Shown here: in pieces, positions 1-7,781 of the stretch | Position numbering within the stretch: the first letter of the stretch is position 1 | Layout of the letters: each line of letters starts with the position of its first letter | Assembly: GCA_013375475.1 (NCBI GenBank) | Contig: JABXKD010000093.1 | Location: forward strand, 1 to 12,276 | Reading direction: 5' to 3' | Length of the DNA stretch: 12,276 bases | From: Promethearchaeota archaeon | GTDB lineage: Archaea > Asgardarchaeota > Lokiarchaeia > Sigyniarchaeales > SOKP01 | Made by a program: the position numbers and the translations under genes | Notes under the pieces: model-generated | What the model was told of the DNA's origin: nothing | What the model saw: the letters and a program-made list of their open reading frames with translations, nothing else | Database searches by the model: none

Positions 1-549
1 TGTGGAAACAACAACTACATTTTCGTCTGGAATAAGTTGTAATATGTCAAGAGTCTCATCAGAAGTGCCTGGAGGTAAATCGCAGATTAGGTAATCAAGA
101 TCACCCCAAATTGCTTCTCCTAAAAATTGTCGAACCGCAGACATTTTCATAGGACCCCGCCAGATTACGGGTGTGTCGCTATCTTGCATTAAAAAAGCCA
201 TACTCACAACTTTAGTGTTAAGTGGCCCATCCACAGGGTAAAATTTCCTAGCTTCAGGGTCAACTCGAGGTTTTACATCTAGATCAATCCCTAACATTTT
301 AATTACATTAGGTCCTGTAATATCAACATCTAATATCCCTACGCGTAAACCTACGCTTGCTAAACTCATCGCGAGATTTACAGCTACAGTTGTTTTACCA
401 ACTCCTCCCTTCCCTGATATGACTACAATTTTATGTTTTATTTTAGCCATATTATTACGAATATTCACCATTTGCTGATCCAACGCCTCTTGCTTGCCTT
501 GGTTTACCGTTTCCTTTAAATCTATATCAGGTATTTTATCTTCTCCCAT
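1..549 (-). CDS. mrp: Mrp/NBP35 (ApbC) family P-loop ATPase, Fe-S cluster carrier; 3' end runs off the window
   Basis: Manual translation from ATG at 549: [10 protein letters not shown]...[25 protein letters not shown]...[17 protein letters not shown]...KVVSMAFL...[17 protein letters not shown]...[18 protein letters not shown]...VVVST. Contains the deviant Walker A, the WRGP motif and the DxPPGTxD signature. Not in the ORF track because it is open at the window edge. Confidence 0.93.
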   Translation of the reverse strand, partial: MGEDKIPDIDLKETVNQGKQEALDQQMVNIRNNMAKIKHKIVVISGKGGVGKTTVAVNLAMSLASVGLRVGILDVDITGPNVIKMLGIDLDVKPRVDPEARKFYPVDGPLNTKVVSMAFLMQDSDTPVIWRGPMKMSAVRQFLGEAIWGDLDYLICDLPPGTSDETLDILQLIPDENVVVVST

Positions 550-929
550 AAATTAATCACATTATTAACTGTTATTTGCTATAAAATTTTTTAATTTATA
601 TTAATAATTTTAAAGATACAATTACCTCCTTTAACTTATCGTTAATATTTTGAAAATACTTACTTATTTTCAATTATATCCGCATAAATTTGAATAGAAG
701 ATAATTATAATTTAAAATCATTTTATGAATGAATATTCAATACCATAAAAATTTTATTAATAAATGGTGTAAACTACAATTCAATAATGTTTTCTTAGAG
801 AAATTATCAGAATTTGATAGATAAATTTACTTTTAGAGCCCTTAATTCAGTGGGATGTAAAAGTCATTAAGTTTAAATCTGATTCGATTTAAGTCTAATA
901 TTAGAGATATAAAAACCTTAGAAAAAAAA

Positions 930-1847
930 ATGAAAATTAATTTTAAGATTTACAACCTAGATATCATCGATTGTTCGTCTTGTTCGAATTCAATATTTCC
1001 AGATCCAGAATCTCAAGAAATACTTTTAGAAATCTTGCTGAGAATATGTGAGTCTGATGTGGTAACTATTATTGGTCAGTTTTCCGCTAGTATTAATAAT
1101 ATAGAATTGCAATCACCTAAAGTTATAGGAACAGAAAGTTTCGAGTATGCCGGAAAAGATTACATCCTTCATATGAGCGATACTGATAAATTGAATAAAA
1201 TTATGGGCTGCTATGTAGAACCCTACGATATATTCCAAAATAGAATTAATGATCCTCGGTATAAAAGTTCTACAAAATTTCATTATATCGAACCTGGTCT
1301 GGAAGGAATAAGAAAAGTGGTTAGTTACATTAGAATGCTTTCTAAAAACAGGAAAGAAAAATTACCTGAATATTTAAAAACTATAAAATTGAAGAAATTT
1401 AAATTTTCAATAGGAGTTATTTGGGGCATGAATAGAGGATGGTATGAGGAAGATGACGGAACTTTTAATTCCATAGATTATATTAATACTATAGCAGGGG
1501 AGTGTGGTTTATCTGGTTGCTCGCTTGGTTTTGGTAATTTCGGTGGTGATAGTTGGGAGATCTTTCGGGCTGAATATTATTTAAAACACTTAAATATGAT
1601 TACAAAAATAATGGATGAGATAGCTCCAGATAAGTATATGGCGGGTCCCGAAGACTTGCCAAATTTGCTTGAATATGGGGTCATCAAGAAGGAGAAAAGA
1701 GAATTAAAACCTGTAGAGGAAGATGATGATTTTAATGAAAAAGTTAAGAATTACGATAATTTTAAATCTGATAATAGTCCTGCGAATCGTTACAGCCGCT
1801 ATCTAAAAGAAATTGAAGAGCGAGATTACAGGGATGAATTTTACTAA
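930..1847 (+). CDS. Hypothetical protein, 305 aa (N-terminal CxxC, internal CGLSGC, acidic C-terminus)
   Basis: Long ORF in AT-rich DNA. No family motif recognised. Confidence 0.75.
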   Translation: MKINFKIYNLDIIDCSSCSNSIFPDPESQEILLEILLRICESDVVTIIGQFSASINNIELQSPKVIGTESFEYAGKDYILHMSDTDKLNKIMGCYVEPYDIFQNRINDPRYKSSTKFHYIEPGLEGIRKVVSYIRMLSKNRKEKLPEYLKTIKLKKFKFSIGVIWGMNRGWYEEDDGTFNSIDYINTIAGECGLSGCSLGFGNFGGDSWEIFRAEYYLKHLNMITKIMDEIAPDKYMAGPEDLPNLLEYGVIKKEKRELKPVEEDDDFNEKVKNYDNFKSDNSPANRYSRYLKEIEERDYRDEFY

Positions 1848-1923
1848 AAAATTAAAAAATGTGAGGAGACAGAACAATAGATTTTCTATTAATAGCCTTC
1901 ATATAAAACTGAGGTGGAAATAG

Positions 1924-2694
1924 ACGAGATCCAAACTAGCTTCAAACTTTATAATTTTTAATTATCCTCCAAAATATCCAAAATCAGTTCACTTATATTT
2001 AACAAATGAGTGCAACCTCGATTGCGAGAAATGTTATTATCGTTCGAAAAACGACCCAAAACAAGAATTATCTTTTGAATCTATCAAGAAGTTGTTTCAA
2101 GAGTGGAAAAATTACGGTTTAGCCTCGATTGCAATTGGAGGTGGTGAACCCTTAATTCATCCTCGTATCGTTGAAATCGTAAAATTAGGGAGAGATATGG
2201 GATATTTTATGGCGGTTACCACTAACGGGACAATCTTAAAACCCATTGAAGCAAATCGAGTTCATATCTCATATGATGAACTTCATTCTACTTGGAAAAA
2301 CGAAGACTTTTTACAAAACGCAATCGATTTCTATAAGAAGCAAAAATGTATAGTGGGAATTAATCACATCGTATCTAATTTGAAAAATATCGAATATATT
2401 CAGAAAACATTTGAGAATTTCGATAATTTCTTACTAATAAGAGAGAAACCCGTTTCGCAATTTAAAGATTGGGATAAAATTCAGTATCTTAACTACTTTT
2501 GGATTGAAGGTTGTATTGAAGGTTCTCATTGTGAGCAAGGAATACTAAGTTTTCATTTAGATTATGAGTTGAAAGCTTCTATTTGCTCAAACTTTAAAGA
2601 AAAAATACCTTATACCACTTTAATTGAAACTTGGAACAAATTGAAATTATTTAATTGTGAAATTCGGGACTCAAAAGCTCCAAAAATATTTTAG
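1924..2694 (+). CDS. Radical SAM protein with a short twitch/SPASM-like C-terminus; start uncertain and upstream of the 2092 call
   Basis: The frame of ORF 2092..2694 is open back to TAG 1921-1923 and encodes KSVHLYLTNECNLDCEKCYY (CxxxCxxC, 2011-2034). It then has GGGEPL, VTTNGT and a C-terminal CEQG...ICS. SD GAGGTG at 1911-1916 precedes ACG at 1924. Confidence 0.85.
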   Translation, partial: TRSKLASNFIIFNYPPKYPKSVHLYLTNECNLDCEKCYYRSKNDPKQELSFESIKKLFQEWKNYGLASIAIGGGEPLIHPRIVEIVKLGRDMGYFMAVTTNGTILKPIEANRVHISYDELHSTWKNEDFLQNAIDFYKKQKCIVGINHIVSNLKNIEYIQKTFENFDNFLLIREKPVSQFKDWDKIQYLNYFWIEGCIEGSHCEQGILSFHLDYELKASICSNFKEKIPYTTLIETWNKLKLFNCEIRDSKAPKIF

Positions 2695-2819
2695 GTGATT
2701 TTGAAAAGGCACTATAATAACCTTTTAAACTTTAATTTAATTATTCAAATCTACAACATTATATTTGTTAAATAAAAAATATATTACCCTTAAGATTTTA
2801 GTAGAGAGGTTATCCTTAA

Positions 2820-3206
2820 ATGGAGATAATAGCAATCCCGAGTTATAGAGATGGTGGTTTAAATGAACTGGTTCACCCTAAATTTGGAAGGTGCGACAGT
2901 TTCACTTTTATTACATTAGATAAGAATGAAATTACGCAAGTTAAAGTAATCGAAAACTCTGCTGCAGATGAATCTCACGGTTCTGGAACTCTTGCTGCTA
3001 AAATTGTTAGTAATAATGAAGCTGAAAAGCTGATTGTCAGTAAATTGGGCCCAAACGCTTCTATGGCGCTAAATTCATTGAAGATTAAAACGTTCCAAGC
3101 GCCTGAAAAAAAAATACTCGTAAAAGATTTATTAGATCTTTACCTAAAAGGAAAAATAAAAATGACTCCATCTGAGGATCTAATAATTGGTAAGGTTTTG
3201 GATTAA
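2820..3206 (+). CDS. NifB/NifX family (MTH1175/ORP-like) metal-cofactor binding protein
   Basis: IAIPS...HPKFGRCDSFTFI...HGSGTLAA...LGPNA motifs; 128 aa. Confidence 0.88.
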   Translation: MEIIAIPSYRDGGLNELVHPKFGRCDSFTFITLDKNEITQVKVIENSAADESHGSGTLAAKIVSNNEAEKLIVSKLGPNASMALNSLKIKTFQAPEKKILVKDLLDLYLKGKIKMTPSEDLIIGKVLD

Positions 3207-3209
3207 ATT

Positions 3210-3247
3210 GTAATCCATGTGGAACATTTTTGATTACTCATTTTTTT
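3210..3247 (+). terminator. Possible terminator: interrupted hairpin followed by T7
   Basis: GTAATC(3210-3215)/GATTAC(3232-3237) outer stem, inner ATGT-GGA-ACAT, then TTTTTTT 3241-3247, just after the stop at 3206. Confidence 0.4.
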
Positions 3248-3424
3248 GAAGTCAGAACTTCATTATATGCTAATTTAAGAAGATTTTTTGTTAGTTTTTA
3301 TCATTTTAAGAAGAATTTTGTAAAATTATTTATGAGAGTTTTTTCACAATTGAATAATCATTCACAAATTTTAAATTCTAACAACAATTAATTTAATCAT
3401 ACTTTAAAAGGTGATATTTAATAA

Positions 3425-3862
3425 ATGGTAATAGTAGGTATTCCTACATTTGAAAATAAAGGTTTGAATGAGGTTATGAATACTCGTTTTGGAAGGTGTA
3501 ACACCTTCACATTTATAACGATTGAGAATAACGAAATAGTAGAAGTAAGATCCGTTGCTAATGACGCGCAGGGTGCAATGGGTGGTGCGGGAATTCAATC
3601 GGCGCAAATCATTGGTAATAACGGAGCCACGGAGGTCATTGTAGGCAATTTAGGGCCTAACGCGATGAATTCTTTAAGCGCTTTAAATATTAAAATTTAT
3701 CAATCTCTGGGTGGAAGTTTAACCGTGAAAGAATTAATAGGTTTACGTTTAAGCGGTAAATTGCAAGTTATTACTTCAGCAAACGTTGCTGCTCACGCAG
3801 GGATGGGTGGAGGCATGGGTGGTGGTAGAGGCGGTGGCATGGGTGGCGGTAGAAGACCATAA
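3425..3862 (+). CDS. NifB/NifX family (MTH1175/ORP-like) protein with Gly/Met/Arg-rich tail
   Basis: NTRFGRCNTF, GGAGIQSAQII and GNLGPNA motifs; SD AGGTGA at 3409-3414. Confidence 0.92.
   Translation: MVIVGIPTFENKGLNEVMNTRFGRCNTFTFITIENNEIVEVRSVANDAQGAMGGAGIQSAQIIGNNGATEVIVGNLGPNAMNSLSALNIKIYQSLGGSLTVKELIGLRLSGKLQVITSANVAAHAGMGGGMGGGRGGGMGGGRRP
3800..3856 (+). repeat. Low-complexity coding repeat G(M/R)GG x~4 (GMGGGMGGGRGGGMGGGRR)
   Basis: Imperfect 12-nt unit GGNATGGGTGGN / GGTAGAGGCGGT at the 3' end of the gene. Confidence 0.8.
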
Positions 3863-3919
3863 TTCTAATTGAGTAAAATTATTTTTATATAACTTAATTA
3901 ATTTAAAGAAAGACTTATA

Positions 3920-4837
3920 ATGCACAAACCTAAAGTTATTTGTGTTACTGGGGGCAAGGGCGGGACTGGAAAAACGCTAGTTGCCGTGAATTTAGCAACG
4001 ATGTTTAAAAATCAGGGGTATAAAGTACTTCTTATCGACGGAGATGTTGAGAACCCTAATACTTTTTTATTATTAAACGCAACGTTAAAGAATAAAACAG
4101 AAGTTCTATATTTTCTACCTAAAATCGTTGAAGATAAATGTACTAAGTGTGGGTTATGCTCAGAAAATTGTGAATCCCACGCACTATTATATATAAAAGA
4201 TTCTATTCCAATTCCAATATCAACGGTCTGTTCGGGATGCAAATTATGCTATAAGATTTGTCCAACTAACGCCATTGAACCCGATCTAAAAGTCATTGGG
4301 CATACTTACACAGCCTCCGCATTTGGCATAGATCTTTTTCTAGGGGAATTAATACCATCCGAAGCGCGTTCAGCCGTAATTGTAAACAAATTGATGGAGA
4401 ATTTAGAAAACATTGTAAAGGCAGAGCCAGAAAAATATGATATCGTTATATTGGACACAGCGCCGGGAGCTCATTGCGACGTAGAAGCATTAATTAATAG
4501 CGCTGATCTTGTCGTACCAGTTACAGAACCCACCAGATTCGGAAAGCTTGATTTATTGAGAATCATAGAATTGATTGATTTATTGAAGAAAGAATACAAG
4601 GCTATTGTGAATCGATCATCATTGTTGGGTTATAAAGAGAAATTTTTGAAAGAATTAGAAGAAAAAAGAATAGAGATTTTAGGGGACATTCCTTTAGACG
4701 AAGAAATTGTAAGTTCGTATTGTCAAGGTATTCCGTTAATGGAAGAAAAAAGCAAATTTGATAGGGATGGAGCTGGCTACAAATCATTTGAGAGAATTTT
4801 TGAGAATCTAATAAAATGGGGTGATCTTCCAAGGTGA
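3920..4837 (+). CDS. MinD-superfamily P-loop ATPase with inserted 2x[4Fe-4S] ferredoxin domain (COG1149-like)
   Basis: GGKGGTGKT, DGDVENPN, CTKCGLCSENC, CSGCKLCYKICP, DTAPGAHC, VTEPTRFG. Confidence 0.92.
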   Translation: MHKPKVICVTGGKGGTGKTLVAVNLATMFKNQGYKVLLIDGDVENPNTFLLLNATLKNKTEVLYFLPKIVEDKCTKCGLCSENCESHALLYIKDSIPIPISTVCSGCKLCYKICPTNAIEPDLKVIGHTYTASAFGIDLFLGELIPSEARSAVIVNKLMENLENIVKAEPEKYDIVILDTAPGAHCDVEALINSADLVVPVTEPTRFGKLDLLRIIELIDLLKKEYKAIVNRSSLLGYKEKFLKELEEKRIEILGDIPLDEEIVSSYCQGIPLMEEKSKFDRDGAGYKSFERIFENLIKWGDLPR

Positions 4838-5757
4838 ATAGAAAAAAAATTGCTGTCATAAGTGGAAAAGGGGGCGTAGGAAAAACTTCACTTGTAGCTT
4901 CGCTCGCTAGCATTGCGCATAAAGATAAAGATGTTAGTTTAATTATATTAGATTGCGATGTCGACGCGCCTAATTTAGCTTTAATCTTACCACCTAACTC
5001 CAAGGAAGATGTACTAACCCAAGACACATATACTACCAAAAAAGCACGATTCCTAGAAGAAAAGTGTGTACAGTGTAAGCAATGTTATGACGAACACTAC
5101 TGTGAATTTAATGCTTTAAATTGGGACGAGAGTAATAATATTCCCATTATTGACTATTTAGCGTGCGAAGGATGTGGAGCGTGTAGAGTATTATGCCCAG
5201 AAGATGCTTTTGAAATCAAGCCCGTTAAAAGCGGAGAAATAATAACATATGAAGCAGAGATTGGATTTCCCTTAATTTATGGTAAAACTAAATTGGGCAG
5301 TACTACATCCGGATTATTAGTTTCAGAAGTTAAGGAACGCTCAACAGAGCTAAAGGAGTTCAAGGGCGCGAACCTTATTTTAATTGATGGTCCTCCAGGA
5401 ATAGGTTGCCCCGTAATTGCTACAGTCTCGGGTTTAGATTATATTATTGCAATAACGGAGCCAACTCCATCAGGATTACACGATTTGAGTAGAGCAATTG
5501 AGATGGTTAACCATTTTAACATTCCTTTCGGGATTGTGATTAATAAAGCAGATCTCAAAAGCGCATCTCAAAAGCAATTAAACAAGTATATTAAAAACTC
5601 GAGTTATGAGATTTTAGGGAGAATTAATTTCGACCTATCCATCCCGAAAGCTATGTCTTACGCAGAAACTGTTGTAGATTATGCTCCGGAATCCGTAGCA
5701 AGTCAAGCAATCAATAAGATATACACTAAATTAATGCATATTCTCTCGGAATTATGA
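4834..5757 (+). CDS. Second MinD-superfamily ATPase with inserted ferredoxin domain (COG1149-like)
   Basis: [25 protein letters not shown]-x5-C, CEGCGACRVLCP, DGPPGIGCPV, TEPTPSGLHDL. The GTG start overlaps the upstream TGA (GTGA). Confidence 0.93.
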   Translation: MNRKKIAVISGKGGVGKTSLVASLASIAHKDKDVSLIILDCDVDAPNLALILPPNSKEDVLTQDTYTTKKARFLEEKCVQCKQCYDEHYCEFNALNWDESNNIPIIDYLACEGCGACRVLCPEDAFEIKPVKSGEIITYEAEIGFPLIYGKTKLGSTTSGLLVSEVKERSTELKEFKGANLILIDGPPGIGCPVIATVSGLDYIIAITEPTPSGLHDLSRAIEMVNHFNIPFGIVINKADLKSASQKQLNKYIKNSSYEILGRINFDLSIPKAMSYAETVVDYAPESVASQAINKIYTKLMHILSEL

Positions 5758-5970
5758 CAAAATTTAAAAAAAGAAGGATCAACTTTATAATTTAAACCTT
5801 TTAAATTAAGGAATGTAAATCTCCTTTTTTGAGTTATAATGAGCTGTAAGTGCGTAATGATTTATATTCAATAATCTAAAGAAATTAATAAGGTTCTAAA
5901 TATTAATCACACGTAGAACTCGAAATTATTAATAATTCTAAGGTGAATCAACTTACCAGTTCAAAACTTT

Positions 5971-6438
5971 ATGGAATTGTACAAGCACTTACCAAAGACC
6001 AATTGTAAAAAGTGTGGAAAGCCTACATGTATGGCGTTTAGCTTGGATTTATTACAAGGTAAAGCTAAAGTGGACGATTGTCCACCTCTTCTGGAATCAA
6101 AATACAAAAAACAATACGACACGCTAAAGGAGATGCTTGGTTCTGAGGAGGGACAACAAAAAGAGCTAAAAATTAATGTAGACGAGGAACTTTGCGATGG
6201 TTGTGGTATCTGCGTTACAGTATGTCCTGTAAATGCAAGGTATTGTCCCTCTAGTTTAAGTGGTAAAGCACCTGATTATCCTCCGGAGGAACACCAACTT
6301 TTTCAGGTTGTAGGAGGAAAATGTGAGTTGTTAAAAATTGAACATTGCAGAAGGTTGGAAGCGGGGGGAAGAGAGAGGGAGTGTCGCGTTTGCGAAACCT
6401 ATTGTCCTCGCGAAGCAGTTAAAATTGAATATGTTTAA
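5971..6438 (+). CDS. fwdG: Fusion of an AcsC/CdhE/RnfB-type N-terminal Fe-S domain to an FwdG-like 2x[4Fe-4S] ferredoxin; may start at 5953
   Basis: N-terminus LYKHLPKTNCKKCGKPTCMAF...DDCP. C-terminus ELCDGCGICVTVCPVNA...GKAP...CRVCETYCPREAV, resembling FwdG (recalled: ELCHGCGNCVIACPVNA...GKGP). First gene of the fwd-like operon. Confidence 0.75.
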   Translation: MELYKHLPKTNCKKCGKPTCMAFSLDLLQGKAKVDDCPPLLESKYKKQYDTLKEMLGSEEGQQKELKINVDEELCDGCGICVTVCPVNARYCPSSLSGKAPDYPPEEHQLFQVVGGKCELLKIEHCRRLEAGGRERECRVCETYCPREAVKIEYV

Positions 6439-6466
6439 TGACTGATTAATTAATTTTTATGAGGAA

Positions 6467-7780
6467 ATGATTATGAAACGGTTCACTTGTTCTGGCTGTT
6501 CGTTATTGTGTGATGACATTATCGTAAAAACCGATGGTTTGTATGTGACTGAAGTTATTGGCGCTTGTTTAAAGGGAAAAGAGAGGTTTGATCTAGTAAG
6601 CGCTCAAAATAGAATTACGAAGCCAATGGTTAGAAAAGATGGAGAATTAAAACAAGTTTCTTGGGACGAAGCTTACGAGAAAGCTACGGAGATCATTAAA
6701 AGCTCTTCTAATGCATTACTATATGGTTTTTCAAATGTAACCTGTGAAGCTCAAGAAGCTGGAATGAAATTAGCAGAAAAAGTTAATGGTTTCATTGATT
6801 CAAACGCTTCAATTTGTCAAGGAAAGTTCTTAAATAAGGCAAGAAATTTAGGAATTAACCTGACAACTATTACAGAGATTATTAATAAAGGAGATCTAAT
6901 TATATTGTGGGGTGCCAATCCAGCAGAGACGATTCCTCGCTTATTGAATAAAGTTCTCTTCTCCCGGGGTAAATTTCGCATGACGGGTAGAGAAATTAAG
7001 ACTTTGGTAATTATTGACCCTATAAAAACCGCATCATTTAGGGTAATGGGTGTTAGAGATCTTCCTTTAATCATAGAGACAAACAAAGATATTGACCTTA
7101 TTCGCACATTAAAAGAAGAATGTTGTTCTGCGGACAGCGTTCCACCTGAAGGTGTTGCGGGGATAGATCAAAGCGATCTTAAGCGTTTATTACTCCATCT
7201 TACTGGTGCTGAAAACGGAGTAATAATTCTTGGTCAAGGAGTTATTCAACCCCATCCCGATTATGATCTAGTAGAAGAGTTACTAGAATTATTACAAATG
7301 ATAAATGAAAGACAGGTAAAAGGTCGAATTTCGTTGCTTCTAATGGGAGGGCATTTTAACATGGCAGGATTCGACCATGTAGCGCTTTCGGTTTATGGGG
7401 ATTTTGGTAAGTTAGAGTTTAAAAACAATCAAATGGTAAAAACAGAAGATACATTAATTTCAAAAATCGAAAAAGATGACTTCGATAGTACGATCGTCGT
7501 TGGAACAGATCCTATTGCTCATTTACCTCAATCTCTAAGCTCTAAATTGGCGAATAAACCTCTTATCCTTATCGATAATCACAGCACAACTACTTCGCAC
7601 ATTGCAGATGTAGTGTTTCCCACATCTATAACGGGAATTGAAAATGGTGGGTTGGTTTATCGTCTTGATCAAGTGCCTATTGAGTTACAAAAGATAGTAA
7701 ATCCACCTAATAATCTTCCGTCAGATGAAAAATTACTTACTGAATTAATTAAATCATTAAATCAAGGAGGGTCGAAATAA
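6467..7780 (+). CDS. fwdB: Formylmethanofuran dehydrogenase subunit B-like protein (divergent active site)
   Basis: CSGCSLLCDDI...AC [4Fe-4S] motif, VSWDEA, LYGFS..CEAQ..G..LAE, ASICQG, WGANP, DP, GHFN, DPIAHLP, YRLDQVP. Start could be ATG 6473 (SD GAGG). Confidence 0.9.
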   Translation: MIMKRFTCSGCSLLCDDIIVKTDGLYVTEVIGACLKGKERFDLVSAQNRITKPMVRKDGELKQVSWDEAYEKATEIIKSSSNALLYGFSNVTCEAQEAGMKLAEKVNGFIDSNASICQGKFLNKARNLGINLTTITEIINKGDLIILWGANPAETIPRLLNKVLFSRGKFRMTGREIKTLVIIDPIKTASFRVMGVRDLPLIIETNKDIDLIRTLKEECCSADSVPPEGVAGIDQSDLKRLLLHLTGAENGVIILGQGVIQPHPDYDLVEELLELLQMINERQVKGRISLLLMGGHFNMAGFDHVALSVYGDFGKLEFKNNQMVKTEDTLISKIEKDDFDSTIVVGTDPIAHLPQSLSSKLANKPLILIDNHSTTTSHIADVVFPTSITGIENGGLVYRLDQVPIELQKIVNPPNNLPSDEKLLTELIKSLNQGGSK

Positions 7781-7781
7781 C

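Noticed and set aside
3404-3607. 67-aa minus-strand ORF
   Set aside because: Antisense shadow of the well-supported NifX-like gene; no motifs.
2820-3862. Nitrogen fixation inferred from NifB/NifX-family genes
   Set aside because: No nifHDK-like genes here; the family is widespread in non-diazotrophic anaerobes.
4012-5039. Minus-strand ORFs 4012..4242 and 4602..5039
   Set aside because: Antisense to the conserved ATPase genes; no recognisable protein features.
4835-5757. Genome-wide TGA reassignment (code 4/25)
   Set aside because: TGA ends both ATPase genes at family-typical lengths, one overlapping the next start, and TGG is used for Trp.
5835-5866. Tandem ATGA...TGAT resembling a SECIS/kink-turn core (TATAATGAG...ATGATTTATA)
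   Set aside because: Only ~14 nt lie between the GA motifs, with no proper helix II or apical AA loop, and no adjacent gene has a Sec codon.
5788-5937. AT-only inverted repeats (TAATTTAAA-N3-TTTAAATTA at 5788-5808; AATTATTAATAATT at 5924-5937)
   Set aside because: Expected by chance in very AT-rich spacers; no independent support.
6817-7107. 96-aa minus-strand ORF
   Set aside because: Antisense shadow within fwdB.
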